From an uncultured Methanoregulaceae archaeon (GTDB taxonomy: Archaea; Halobacteriota; Methanomicrobia; Methanomicrobiales; Methanospirillaceae): DNA of 64,000 nt. The translations under genes and the position numbers were made by a program. Positions 29,422-40,910 of this stretch are shown here, piece by piece; the stretch's first letter is position 1; the number at the start of each line of letters is the position of its first letter. Location of the stretch: positions 1,952,001-2,016,000 of the forward strand of contig CAVTTL010000001.1 in NCBI GenBank assembly GCA_963737635.1, given 5' to 3'. Under the pieces are notes generated by a model. The model searched no databases. It was not told the DNA's origin and worked only from the letters and a program-made list of their open reading frames with translations.

Positions 29422-31679
29422 ATGGATAACCGTAGTCAAGATCATACTGATTATTTCAATACCTTCATCAGGACCGCCCAATATATTACGCACCTTACTC
29501 CACAGCAGGATATCCTAACTGAAACCGGGAATGCGCTTGTCAGGTTCTATGGAGCAAACACCGTCGGTTTCTTCGAGCAGCCCAACGGCAGGAAATTGAC
29601 CGGGCATCACTGGATTCTCCCCGATGGAATCGTGCCGGCACGGTTTATGACCCATGAGATCCAAGGTGTGGTCGCTGAAGTAATGGAGACCGGCTTCCTT
29701 GCAACCCACCGGATCGAGCCGGAGGGGTTATCAGCAGTTTTCCTTCCCATTATGTGGGAAAGTAAGATCATGGCCGTGATGACGGTCGCGCACAAAACAC
29801 CCGGTCCGTTGCAGGATGAGCTTCTCAACTCCTATCTCGCGATTTCAGGCCTTGTCAGCACTGCGGTCTCATCAGCGGTCGTATCCTTCAATACTATCGC
29901 CGAGAAAAAGCGTGCCGAAGAGTCCCTGAAAGTGGCTCGGGAGAATCTTGCATTCCTTGTCAAAAACACTCCTGCCATGCTTTACCGGTTCCATGCTTCG
30001 GGTGATCGCGCGGTGACATTCATATCAGAGAACGTCAGAGACCAGCTCGGGTGCGAGCCGGAAGCGTTCATGGACAACCCTGCATTCTTTGAATCACGCA
30101 TCCATCCGGACGATCGGGTACAGATCCAACAATGCGTAGAGAATGCACTTTCTGCCGGCGCGGCCACAGTCGAATACCGGTTCCTCAGAAATGATGGTAC
30201 ATGGCGCTGGATGCATGACGAGATGCGACCGATCAGAAGCAAAACCGGTGAACCCGCCGAACTTATCGGGTACTGGATTGACATCACCCAGAAGAAGAAA
30301 GTGGAGGAGACACTGGTCCGGAATAATGAGGAGCTCTCAGCGCTTAACGAGGAACTCAACGCGATCAACGAGGAACTCACTGCAACTCAGGAAGAATTGC
30401 GCCAAGCCAACGATGAACTTGCCAAGAACGAGCAGGATCTTCTCCGGAAGAACGATGATCTTAGAATGATTAATGAGGAACAAATCGCGATGCAGGAGGA
30501 ACTCCAGCAGAACAATGAAGAGCTCTTAAAGCTGAGCGTGCGCTCAGTGAGACAGGACAGTACCTGGACAACCTCATCAATTACGCAAACGCTCCTATTA
30601 TCGTATGGAACCCGCAGTTCCGGATCACCCGGTTCAACCACGCATTTGAGCGTCTGACCGGGCGAGCCGCTGAAACCGTAATCGGCCGGTCGCTTGATAT
30701 CCTCTTTCCCGAGGACCGGAAGATAGAGATGATGACGAAAATCCGCAGCACCATTTTGGGTGAGCAATGGGAGTCGGTCGAGATCCCAATTCGGCATTTC
30801 GATGAGAGTGTCCGGATTGTGCTCTGGAACTCCGCAACGCTTTTCCGTCCTGACGGGAAGTCTGTGTTGTCGGTCATCGCACAGGGCCAGGATATCACCT
30901 TAAGAAAACGTATCGAGGCGGATCTGGTACTAAAGAACAAGGAACTTACCGATGTAGAGCAGGAACTCCGGCAGAACGTCGACAAGCTTGCCGCAAGTGA
31001 GCGAATGCTCATAGAGAACGAGGCGAAACTGAGGGAGGCTCTTGCTGAAAAAGATGTTCTGCTTGCCGAAATCCATCACCGGGTCAAGAACAACCTCACG
31101 GCGTTCATCTCCCTGCTCAGTCTCGAAGGTTCTACAGAAGATACGCCCACCGGGAGGCTGCTCAGACAGGACCTGCAGAACCGGGCACGGAGCATGGCGC
31201 TCATCCATGAGACGCTCTACCGGACCAATAAGTTCGATGAAGTTGACGTGGGAGTTTACCTGACAACGCTTGTCGGCCAGATAGCAAATTCATTCAGAAC
31301 CACCCCATCCGTAAAAACACTCATTGACGCTCACGGCGTAATGCTCGATTTACCACGTGCGACACCATTGGGGTTAATTGTCAACGAATTGGTGACAAAC
31401 TCGTTCAAGTACGCATTCCCTGATTCCTTCGATGTTGAGGCAATCCGTAACGCTCCACCCACCATCGCGATCGCGCTTGCAAAAGAAGATGGGACGTATA
31501 TCCTGTCCTTCGGGGACAACGGTGTCGGGCTGCCTACCGGCATCGATCTCACAAAGACCCAGACCCTCGGTCTGAAACTGGTGAACTTCCTCGCGCGCCA
31601 CCAGCTCCGGGCAAAGATTGAGGTCAATTCAGAAAACGGGGTGGAGTTCGTGTTCAGATTCCGGGAAAACGGGGAGTAA
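29422..31679 (+). CDS. Cytoplasmic GAF-PAS-coiled coil-PAS histidine kinase (HisKA_2 type; indel near 30529)
   Basis: No TM; GAF-like N-terminus, PAS (IHPDD, YRF...DGTWRW, DIT), second PAS (LDNLINYANAPIIVWN after frame repair), EIHHRVKNNL, NELVTNSFKYAF, DNGVG, TLGLKLV. Confidence 0.88.
30322..30525 (+). repeat. Heptad NEEL coiled-coil repeat inside the kinase gene
   Basis: NNEELSALNEELNAINEELTATQEELRQANDEL...NEEQIAMQEELQQNNEEL; AACGAGGAACTC recurs at 21-nt spacing. Confidence 0.7.
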
Positions 31680-31928
31680 GGTAAGGTATGCGAACTACAT
31701 CCCTTCTCGCTGGGAAAGGTAACGGTCTGATTGCCATGCACCTGACCCCCTCGCACTGATTCAGCCATCACGTCAGGTTTTTCCTGTATTTTGTCAGCCG
31801 GAGATCCTTGACACTTAATTTCACGTCATTCCTTTAATACCCATGAAAAACTGCCCGCTCGGCAAATACGCGTGGATTTTTTCTCCAAAGAATGAAGGAG
31901 AGAACGCCAAGCCGGTCTTTTTTTTGTT

Positions 31929-32581
31929 TTACGCAATGAAGTCTTCGGCGATCATTCTGCAGAGCCGGTTACTCTCTGCAAGAAATCCCGGGGTTTCCCT
32001 GAGTATCGTATCCCGGATTGCAGGATCAATGTCCCGTGTCCATTCCTTGATTATCGCATCGGTAAGTTCGAGATGGAACTGAAGCCCGAGCGCTGTTTTG
32101 TAAGCGAACGCCTGGTGCATTACCACACTCCCGGTGCAGAGCAAGTTGGCACCGGTCGGGAGATCAAACGTTTCCCCGTGAAGCTGGAACACCGAAAACT
32201 GCTCCGGGAAGCGTGAGAACGTGCCGGTCGCCCCCGACTCACGGGTGAGCCTGCACCAGCCGGTCTCCTGCTGGAAAGGATAGACCCGGGCACCAAACGC
32301 TGATGCAATCAGCTGGGCCCCAAGGCAAATGCCAAGGACCGGCCGGCCTTTCTGCACCATATCCCGGATCAGGGCCTTCTCCTCCGAAAGATACGGTAAT
32401 TCTTTCTCGTCGTTGACACTCATTGGCCCGCCCATGAACAGAAAGTGGGTGGCATTGATTGTGGGCACTCCACCGGTCTCGTAGAGCCGGATATATTCAA
32501 AGGGAATCCGGCGTCCGGCAAAAAACGCTTCGAAAAAACGGCCGGCTCCGAGGCAGTATGCTGGAATATGGCAACCTTCGT
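31929..32581 (-). CDS. Type 1 glutamine amidotransferase (indel near 32540; start uncertain)
   Basis: KVAIFQH...E N-terminus, GGPMSV, LGICLGAQ, QFHLE catalytic triad motifs. Confidence 0.82.
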
Positions 32582-32703
32582 GTACTCACCTTCAGGAAAT
32601 CTTAGTTACTGCCCTCATAGACTGCCAGCCACCGGCCGTTCATGCACTATCTGTCCTCCTGTTGTAACAAAAAAAAATCCGTGAGAGAATCGGCTCGGCA
32701 GGG

Positions 32704-34542
32704 TTATCTCCCATGAGCACCCCCGCCACCAAAACCACCGCCGCCACCGAATCCTCCTCCGCCAAAGCCGCCTCCCCCAAAGCTGCCGCCGTACCCGCCG
32801 CCGCGAGGCATGGCCGTAAACATCAGGATCGGGATAAATGCATAGCTCATCCCGACGACACCGACCGGGACCCCGGTATCGGCGATGTGGATATTGAGCG
32901 ATTTCATTGCCGATTCGACTTTTTCACCGACCCCAAGAGCAGTACCGTACACCAGCCAGTCCCCCCACATCGAGAGATCGGACGGGGCATACTTCTGGAT
33001 CATCGCCATATCCGAGAGGAAATGGGTAAAAGAATCCCATTCGAGCTTGTCCTTGTAATGATCGTCTGTCCAGTGTCCGAACAAGGCGGGCGGCGTTGAG
33101 AACGCAAGAAATGCCTGGAGGCCAACGATACCCCAGAGAACGACGGCTGGATAGAGAATGGAAGCCTGCATGGGTGCCACAAGAGCGATAATGACCGTGA
33201 TGCCAAAGGCAACGATGCCGGTAAACAGCAGCGGCAGGATGTTATCTCTCCCATCTACGATATACCGGTAGGCAAGGGCTGCGTCGGCCCGGGAAGTGAT
33301 ATCGGAGAGCAGCCGCTGGACCCGCAATGCCTTTCCTTCTGCTTCAAAGCCGGTCCGGGCTTGTGCCGCCAGCTCCCCGAACTTCCCCGTGTCGAGCACA
33401 CCGTTATCTGACACCTGATCGATAAAGGCAAGAACCCGCAGTTCATAGGGGTCGGTCGTTGCAGCCGAGAGTTTCCGGATCTCGACACCTTTTTTGTCTC
33501 CCTTGTCGGTGATCATAATCATTTTTTTCCGGTGCAGGTCAAGAAGGGTGGCGTAAAAACCATCCTTATCAAACTCCATCGCATCACCCTTGAAGAGCAG
33601 GTTTACCTGCCACGGTTTCATCGACGGATCCGGAATTGTGCTGAGATACGCCGGGACGACAAAGGTCTTCTCCCGCCCGTACTTCTCGTAGATGAAAAGA
33701 AGGACAAACGGCGTGAGGATCACGGCTGCCATTCCCAGGTATTCGAGGAACCACGCGATATAGTAGGGGAAGTCGTACCAGAAGCTCCCGGAAGAGGTAC
33801 TTCCAGCAAGGCCCTCCACGTTGTTCCTGAACCCGGGGATCGCGTCGAGCCCGCCGGGAGTCGTGAGCATCTCCACCGCGATATTTTCATCGGCCGCAAC
33901 ACTGCCGGTAAACGTATACGTGTCACGGGTCTTCTCCACCGAAAACCCAGGGGGATAGGCATATACCTGCATGACACTGGTGGCAGGGACAGAAATTTGG
34001 ACTGACTGGTAGGGTATATGACTTGCGCCCGCCAGCAGGAGATTCAGGTGATCGTTTGCGGCGTCGTACTCGACCGGGGGATGGATCACGTACGTGTACC
34101 CAACCGTATAGGACCCTGCATCAAAATACGCCGGGTCGTAGATCCCGACTTCATCGGTATCCGCGAGATATCCTACCTGGCTTGAGACTGAGGAGCGGGC
34201 ACCGGGGGCCGCGATATAGACATTTCCCGTATAATCTTTCGCGTACCCAATTGTTCCCGCCGGCGCATCAATTCCAACCAGCTGGATGGACGACTGGTTG
34301 GCCGCCGCAAAGGTCAGCGGCGCTTCCCAGCTCCGGTAAAGCATCCGGTATTCGCCGGACGTGCCAACCGCATAAGTATACGTCTCATGGAGGGTGCCGT
34401 TTGCATAGAGTATTGCCGAGTACGAACTGGCGACAAGATCTCCCTGGAGCATGGGAGGAATGGCAACCACTGCAGCCAGACCGATGATACCTATTACAAG
34501 CGTGGCAATGACAAGCACGGCAATCTGTTTCGTTTCGCTCAT
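32704..34542 (-). CDS. DUF2207-family membrane protein
   Basis: Extracellular domain, TMs, W..F..FL.D...WLVYGTALGV, Gly-rich tail; follows lemA. Confidence 0.85.
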   Translation of the reverse strand: MSETKQIAVLVIATLVIGIIGLAAVVAIPPMLQGDLVASSYSAILYANGTLHETYTYAVGTSGEYRMLYRSWEAPLTFAAANQSSIQLVGIDAPAGTIGYAKDYTGNVYIAAPGARSSVSSQVGYLADTDEVGIYDPAYFDAGSYTVGYTYVIHPPVEYDAANDHLNLLLAGASHIPYQSVQISVPATSVMQVYAYPPGFSVEKTRDTYTFTGSVAADENIAVEMLTTPGGLDAIPGFRNNVEGLAGSTSSGSFWYDFPYYIAWFLEYLGMAAVILTPFVLLFIYEKYGREKTFVVPAYLSTIPDPSMKPWQVNLLFKGDAMEFDKDGFYATLLDLHRKKMIMITDKGDKKGVEIRKLSAATTDPYELRVLAFIDQVSDNGVLDTGKFGELAAQARTGFEAEGKALRVQRLLSDITSRADAALAYRYIVDGRDNILPLLFTGIVAFGITVIIALVAPMQASILYPAVVLWGIVGLQAFLAFSTPPALFGHWTDDHYKDKLEWDSFTHFLSDMAMIQKYAPSDLSMWGDWLVYGTALGVGEKVESAMKSLNIHIADTGVPVGVVGMSYAFIPILMFTAMPRGGGYGGSFGGGGFGGGGFGGGGGFGGGGAHGR

Positions 34543-34552
34543 CGTACTTCCT

Positions 34553-35134
34553 TTAGAACTCGATCTTCGGGGGTGTTATTATTTCTTCTTCGAACTGGAG
34601 GTACTCCAGCTTGGGCATGCCGGTCAGGTGCCCGATGAAACTGGAAGGGATCGTATCCATCATTGTATTGAATTCCTGTGAAATAGAATTGTACGTATAA
34701 CGATGGCGGGCGATCTCATCTTCGAGACTTTTGACCGAGTCCATGAGTGAGGTGACGCTCTGGGAGGTCTTTAAATCTGGATAGTTTTCTGCGACGGCAA
34801 GCAGCCGCCCGAAGATCGAACGTGATTCTGTCTCCACTTTTGCCAAATCCCCCGGCCCGGCGGTCGCAACGGCAGCCCTCATAGCGGTGACACGGGTGAA
34901 GGTTTCCTGTTCGAATTTCGCATAACTTTTTACTGCGCCAAGCAGCTGCTCGATCATGTCCAGTCTTTTCTTCATTGCAACCCGGATCTGTCCAAGAGTT
35001 GCCTCGGACGAATTTTTCAGAGTATAGAACCGATTGTATATGCCAATGGTCCTTGCAACGATCCATATGATAAGAACGATAATGATCAGGACGATAATAG
35101 CCAGCACTATCCAACCAAGAATATCCCCAAACAT
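34553..35134 (-). CDS. lemA: LemA family protein
   Basis: N-terminal [27 protein letters not shown]. Confidence 0.9.
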   Translation of the reverse strand: MFGDILGWIVLAIIVLIIIVLIIWIVARTIGIYNRFYTLKNSSEATLGQIRVAMKKRLDMIEQLLGAVKSYAKFEQETFTRVTAMRAAVATAGPGDLAKVETESRSIFGRLLAVAENYPDLKTSQSVTSLMDSVKSLEDEIARHRYTYNSISQEFNTMMDTIPSSFIGHLTGMPKLEYLQFEEEIITPPKIEF

Positions 35135-35387
35135 GGTTCTTCAGTATACTGATAATCGCGCCACTACATAAGACATGATGTGGCGGAAGAAGTCACGGGA
35201 AAATCCGATCCACGGATTATCTATGAGACGTGGATTGAAGTGACGGGAGTTTATCAAAACGGATTGGCGGGGGATAGTCGGCGTTGAATACCATATTGGA
35301 TCTCTTTGTGCCCCTAGTTCCTCCATGCAAATATTAATATAAAGTAAAGCGGGGAGTATACAATCACCGGTTAAAGGATGGAAGAAA

Positions 35388-36809
35388 ATGGGGGAAGTAA
35401 AAAAAATCCTCATAGTAGAAGACGATGCCCTCATCGCGATGAACCTCGTGGAAACACTCAACAGTTTCGGGTATGCAACTGATACTCCTGTTGCCACCGC
35501 AGAGGATGCCATTCTTCAGGCCCGCACGGCTCCTCCTGACCTGATCCTTATGGATATCCAGCTCGCAGGAAAAATGACCGGGATTGAAGCGGCAGGAATC
35601 ATACGAAGCACACACGACATCCCGGTGATTTATCTCACCGCATTCTCCGACGACGAGCGTTTACGCAAAGCCATAAACACGGTTCCATATGCGTACCTCA
35701 TCAAACCCGTCCAAAACCAGGAACTGCGATCATCCATTGAAGTGACTCTTTACAAGCATAGTATGGATAAAGCGCTCCGGGAAAGCGAGAAGCGATATCA
35801 TGCAGTCATTACCCAAGCTATGGAGGGAATCATCTTTTTTGACATTACGACCCTCGCCATCATCGAGACTAACCCAGCAGTAAGGAACGTGTCCGGGTAT
35901 ACCGAGAAAGAACTTGAGTCTATGAAAATCTCAGATCTGATGCCGTACTCTTTTAGGATCACCGACACTATGATTGCAAAGCCTGATAGTGAACAGCCTG
36001 TTCAGCTCGGGGAGCAGAAATTCCTCTGTAAAGATAAATCGCTTCTGGATGTGGAATGCAGTGTTAGCTTCATCCGGCATAGCGAAAAAAATATGACGGT
36101 CTGCCTCATCGCACACGATGTGACCGAACGTAAAAAAGCAGAAACAGCCCTTTGCGAAGCCAACAAAAAACTCAATCTTATGGGTGAGATCACCCGTCAT
36201 GATCTTCTCAACCAGATCATGGCACTGAAATCATATTTCCAATTCTCAAACGAATACGTTAAGGATCCCGTTCATGCCGCCCTCATAAAAAAAGAAGAAG
36301 ACATCATCAGAACCCTCGAACGTCAGATCACCTTTACGCGGGATTATCAGAATATGGGATTGAAACGGCCGGTATGGCAGAACGTGGCAGAAATGATGGA
36401 CAAAGCGATAGCAGAGCTTCCGGCCAAAAAGGTTAAGATCGACGCTGGTCCCCGGGATCTCGAAATATTTGCAGACTCGCTCTTCGAGAAAGTATTTTAC
36501 AACCTGATCGACAACTCGCTCAGATACGGCAAAGACCGCTTGACTTCCATCCGGATTTCATCCTCCGAATCTGGAGCCGGACTTATCTTGACCTGCGAAG
36601 ACGATGGTGTCGGCATTCCCGATGACGAAAAGGATAAGATCTTCCATCGCGGGTTTGGGAAAAACACCGGACTTGGATTATTTCTTGTCCGGGAGATCCT
36701 CGGGATCACCGGGATGACTATTCAGGAAAATGGCGTTCCCGGTAAAGGTGCCAGGTTCGAGATCAAGGTCCCAAAAGGGGGGTACCGGTTCACAAAAACA
36801 CAACAATAA
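35388..36809 (+). CDS. Hybrid REC-PAS-histidine kinase
   Basis: REC (VEDD, LMDIQL, KP), PAS, ITRHDLLNQ, NLIDNSLRYG, DDGVG, GLGLFL. Confidence 0.9.
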   Translation: MGEVKKILIVEDDALIAMNLVETLNSFGYATDTPVATAEDAILQARTAPPDLILMDIQLAGKMTGIEAAGIIRSTHDIPVIYLTAFSDDERLRKAINTVPYAYLIKPVQNQELRSSIEVTLYKHSMDKALRESEKRYHAVITQAMEGIIFFDITTLAIIETNPAVRNVSGYTEKELESMKISDLMPYSFRITDTMIAKPDSEQPVQLGEQKFLCKDKSLLDVECSVSFIRHSEKNMTVCLIAHDVTERKKAETALCEANKKLNLMGEITRHDLLNQIMALKSYFQFSNEYVKDPVHAALIKKEEDIIRTLERQITFTRDYQNMGLKRPVWQNVAEMMDKAIAELPAKKVKIDAGPRDLEIFADSLFEKVFYNLIDNSLRYGKDRLTSIRISSSESGAGLILTCEDDGVGIPDDEKDKIFHRGFGKNTGLGLFLVREILGITGMTIQENGVPGKGARFEIKVPKGGYRFTKTQQ

Positions 36810-36934
36810 AGAGGGAATTCTGTTGCGTTGTCGGGACTTTTAAATAGGCGACCTTGATGAATCGCCACGGTATCATTTTCGGTAAGTTCCGTTAACGCAA
36901 CAGCACTGATAAGCAATAATCACATTTCTGACAT

Positions 36935-38530
36935 CTATCCGGTTGCGGGATTTTTAGACTGCGTGATCATCATATCATCGATACGGATGAGCATGATCGC
37001 AGTCTCGGATGCGCTTTGGATTGACTGGCGCTTGGACCGGAGCGGCTCAAGCACACCCTCGTGGAGCATATCGATGACCTCTCCTGTGTAAACGTTGAGG
37101 CCGGCCGTCTTCCCCCCTTCGCATGGGCGTTCTTTAGCGCGACCAGCTTGTCAATCGGGTCGTATCCGGAGTTTTCCGCAAGGGTTCGGGGGACTATCTC
37201 AAAGGCCGTCGCATATCCTTCGATTGCCATCTGTATCCGTCCCCCAATGGTCTCAGCGTAATTCCGGATCTTCATTAAGAGCTCGGTCTCTACTGCACCG
37301 CCACCGACTACATACGTGCCGTCTTCGATTGCATCCATAACCACGCGGGTGCCATCAACAACCGCCCGCTCCAGCTCGTCAAGAAGATAATCGCTCGTAC
37401 CCCGGAGCAGGATGCTGACAGTTTTGGGGTTCTTGCACCCGGATATCCGGGTGATGTCGATATCGCTGTCCTCTTCGACAACTTCGGCATGCCCCAGATC
37501 CTTTGCTGTCAGATCTTCTGGCTTGTTGACAATGTTTGCATCCAGTGCACGTGCTGCGTATTTGAGATCTTTTTCTGGAACGTCTTCAACAGCATACACA
37601 CCGTGCTTTTCAAGGAAGAACTGGACCGGATCTGCAATACCCTTCTGGCAGAGCACGACATTTGCACCTGAGCTGATCACGGAGTCGGCCAGTTTTTTTA
37701 AGGCAGAGCGCTCCTGTTCTGAAAATGCTGAGATCTGCTCAGCGGTCGTAATCTTTATCTTGGCCTTCACCTGGGTTTTTGCGATCTCCATGGGCATTGC
37801 GATGAGCGCTACCTTGGCCTCAGTGATCTTCTTTGGCATGCCTTCGGTTACCCGTTTCTTGTCAAGGATAACACCGCGAACGAGCTCGGAGTCATCTATT
37901 GACTTGCCCTTCTTCTTCTTGATCAGCACGTCGTCTTCATCGGCAACGTATTTTCCATCGGTCTTTTCTGCGATAGTCATGACCGCATCAACGATGATGC
38001 CGTCTAGTTTCTCCTTGACCGATTCGATCGATTTTCCCGTGATTGCGGTGTCGGCGATCTTGATGAGCGTCTTTCTGTCGGTAGGGTCGACCTTAAACGA
38101 AAGAGAATTTGTGATTTCGAGGGCTTTTTCCATACCTTGGCGGTATCCTTGGGAGATAACGGTTGGGTGGATTCCCTGTTCGAGCAGTTTTTCTGCCTGC
38201 TCCATCAAGGCACCGGCAATAACAACTGCAGTCGTGGTTCCGTCTCCGACCTGATCATCCTGGGTCATTGCGACTTCGACCATCATCTTTCCGCCAGGAT
38301 GCTGGACCGAGAGCTCACTCAGAATTGTCGCTCCATCGTTTGTTATGACAATATCTCCCGTTGAGCCGACAAGCATCTTGTCCATACCCCGGGGACCAAG
38401 GGTAGTCCGGACTGCACCGGCAATTGCCTTTGCAGCCATAATATTCGAGTGCTGGGCTTCCTGCCCGCGATTTCGCGTTGTTCCCTGACTGATAATGATA
38501 ATTGGCTGTCCGCCAAGTCTGTTGTGACAT
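36935..38530 (-). CDS. ths: Thermosome (group II chaperonin) subunit (indels near 38518 and 37112)
   Basis: [33 protein letters not shown]; repaired ends [12 protein letters not shown] and [17 protein letters not shown]. Confidence 0.92.
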
Positions 38531-38781
38531 TTCTAACCTCACTGTTTTTATTTTTGATATTCCGGCGAAAGCCGTTCCTGTAACGGGCAAGAGTTGCTTC
38601 GTAGCCTCTTATGTCTATCTGTAGTACCCGCTTCTAGGATTGTATAAACCCGGAACGCAAGGTTGCCGTACACCCGACGTAGAGGAGGCGAGGCTTTTTA
38701 TGCAACACACGCCGTGTTTATCGTCTCGTAACATGCCTTTACCATGCACGGGTAAAGATCCGGTCCTGACGAGGATACTAC

Positions 38782-39239
38782 TTAGGCAAAATCAGTCAGT
38801 TTGGACTTGACTGAAGTTCTTTGCTTATTTCCATTATGGCCTCCCAAGGGGAAAATGCAGTTCGTGTTCCCGCGCCGGGGTTCAAGTTTTCTGGTCCCAT
38901 CGGTCTGCATGATCATGACCATTTCCGGTCATCAGCCGGAGTATCAGGATCCTCTGCACGCAGTCCACTCCTCACCAGAACCGTGTTGCTATCCTGCTGC
39001 TGTGGAGCGGTCTCATCAACAGCAACAGCATCGCGAACCGGGGAACCCTGTACAATTATCTGAGGAGATTTAGGTTCCTGGGGATTTTGATCTTTGGAAT
39101 GCTTGGACAGTCCCCTGTTAACGGCTTTGAGATCCAGAAGTTCCCGCGTGAATCCATCCACGAGCGCTTCCATCTCAATGACCTTCTTTTCAAGTGCTGC
39201 AATGCGGCCCTCGCTTGCATCACTACCAGCGTTTTCCAT
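38782..39239 (-). CDS. Hypothetical coiled-coil protein (indel near 38928)
   Basis: RIAALEKKVIEMEALVDGFTRELLDLK heptads; continues after a frameshift as MVMIMQTDGTRKLEPRRG...DFA*. Confidence 0.55.
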
Positions 39240-39499
39240 AAGTGTGATTATCTTCTCCTTTTCATCACGTTCACATTCGGGATACCTGATCTTTTGTATC
39301 CAACGGAACGATGACCAACAATAGTACCTATTGGTGCAGCCCACTCCTTATAGTAACAGGTAACAATTCAGTCAGTCAGATGGACACATTGCCGGGCAAA
39401 GGGATTTTTCCCGAAAACCTCAACAAGGGATACGAACTGCAATCAGGCCAACGGGTACGATCAATACTCCTATCAGTCAATCCATACATAGAGATATAC

Positions 39500-39646
39500 A
39501 TGTCAGGTTATGTGAAAGATCATATTTTCATCTGCCCACATTGTGATCTCAAGTGGCGCACAACAGAAATCACCCCGAAACTGCATTGTAAGCAATGTAA
39601 ACGCGATTTTCTAAACCCTTGGGCGGCGCCTGCGCCGAGAAAGTAG
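39500..39646 (+). CDS. Small zinc-ribbon protein (48 aa)
   Basis: MSGYVKDHIFICPHCDLKW...LHCKQCKRDF, two CxxC motifs. Confidence 0.6.
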   Translation: MSGYVKDHIFICPHCDLKWRTTEITPKLHCKQCKRDFLNPWAAPAPRK

Positions 39647-39829
39647 TTCATTCGACGCGGCCCCAGTGAAACACCATACTATCAGGGTTCCTACCGACCA
39701 TTTTCAATTTTAACCCCGTAATTCAGCAATATACTCGTTATTTGCACAGCATTGAGGCCTACATCCATTATCTGCAGAGCACACATACCTGCGCCCGTCT
39801 TTCCAAAAAAATTAATTTTCGACAGTAAC

Positions 39830-40078
39830 CTATAATGGCACAACCACGTGTGAATAATTCGTCACAGGCACTTTCCGGTGGTGTATATGAGAAACGATCT
39901 CACCGCCGAGGATGAGGAGAGCGTCTCTGTGGACCATTTTATCTTTATGAATATGGCTTGGAGTGATTTCAAGGGAATCGTACCGCTCCGTAAGGATTTC
40001 ATCATTGAGGATGTCTTTGAAATATATCTTGACGAGGATCATCAACATGTGGAGATGCAGTATCTCTTCCTTTTTCAC
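39830..40078 (-). CDS. UPF0058 family metal-binding protein
   Basis: MKKEEILHLH...YDSLEITPSHIHKDK..H motif. Confidence 0.75.
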   Translation of the reverse strand: MKKEEILHLHMLMILVKIYFKDILNDEILTERYDSLEITPSHIHKDKMVHRDALLILGGEIVSHIHHRKVPVTNYSHVVVPL

Positions 40079-40326
40079 ACCATCACCTTCTTAATGAGAT
40101 CCTGATGGGTTGCCTGATATCTTATCGATCGAACACAAATGGCCGATTGTGCCGAGACTATACGACGCAATGAGGGTTTCGTTGTCGAGACACTTTTTTC
40201 CGATACCAATCCTGCCTAACTTGTCACGGATTAATTTTATCTTTTTTTCAATATATTGCATGGGAGGATTGCTAAATTGGCGGGTGATACGATAAAGCGA
40301 TGTATTACAGTTAGAGGATTTTCGGC

Positions 40327-40640
40327 TCACTCGGGAAAGTCCTCCATCCTTGAAGATATCATGGAAGCCCGGTGCAGGAATGAGACCGGGATGCTGGAGA
40401 ACTCATACGGGGGCAGGAAGTACCGGAGTGGATGCGCATCAAAAAGATCCCGCATTACAGGATTGTGAGAAGATCCTTATCCCGTATTACCGGGAACCCG
40501 ATGTATTGTCGACCATATCCGGAACGACCTGTATGAAGTTTTTGACGGTTCAGATTCAATCTCTTTGGCAAGCGGGTGATGGCCCGGTAGAGCACAACCA
40601 AAACAAAAACGGCAAAAACAAAAACAACAATTTTTTTCAT
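40327..40640 (-). pseudogene. Possible fragmented secreted protein gene
   Basis: Signal-peptide-like MKKIVVFVFAVFVLVVL followed by coding-like stretches in shifting frames; no family recognised. Confidence 0.2.
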
Positions 40641-40733
40641 CGAATGGATATGATCCGAATTGGCATCATACATGAGTAGTTAAGGTGGGAGATCATAATT
40701 AATAACACAGTTTTTTAACTGTATGTGAAAACT

Positions 40734-40910
40734 ATGTATGGATCATCCAATTTTGGCGGTCGCGGTCCCAGAGACTCCGGCCCACGTGAAATGACAAAGG
40801 TTACTTGTTCAGATTGTGGAAAAGAGTGCGAAGTACCGTTTAAGCCAACCGAAGGAAGGCCCGTGTATTGTCAGGATTGCCTGCCAAAACACAGAAAACC
40901 CAGGTTCTAA
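40734..40910 (+). CDS. CxxC-x17-CxxC domain small protein
   Basis: PREMTKVTCSDCGKECEVPFKPTEGRPVYCQDC. Confidence 0.88.
   Translation: MYGSSNFGGRGPRDSGPREMTKVTCSDCGKECEVPFKPTEGRPVYCQDCLPKHRKPRF

Noticed and set aside
30322-30525. CRISPR-like or non-coding tandem repeat
   Set aside because: Repeats are in-frame heptad codons inside the kinase; no spacers or cas genes anywhere in the window
32704-32810. Low-complexity CCG/CCA repeat
   Set aside because: Encodes the ordinary Gly-rich tail of DUF2207 proteins
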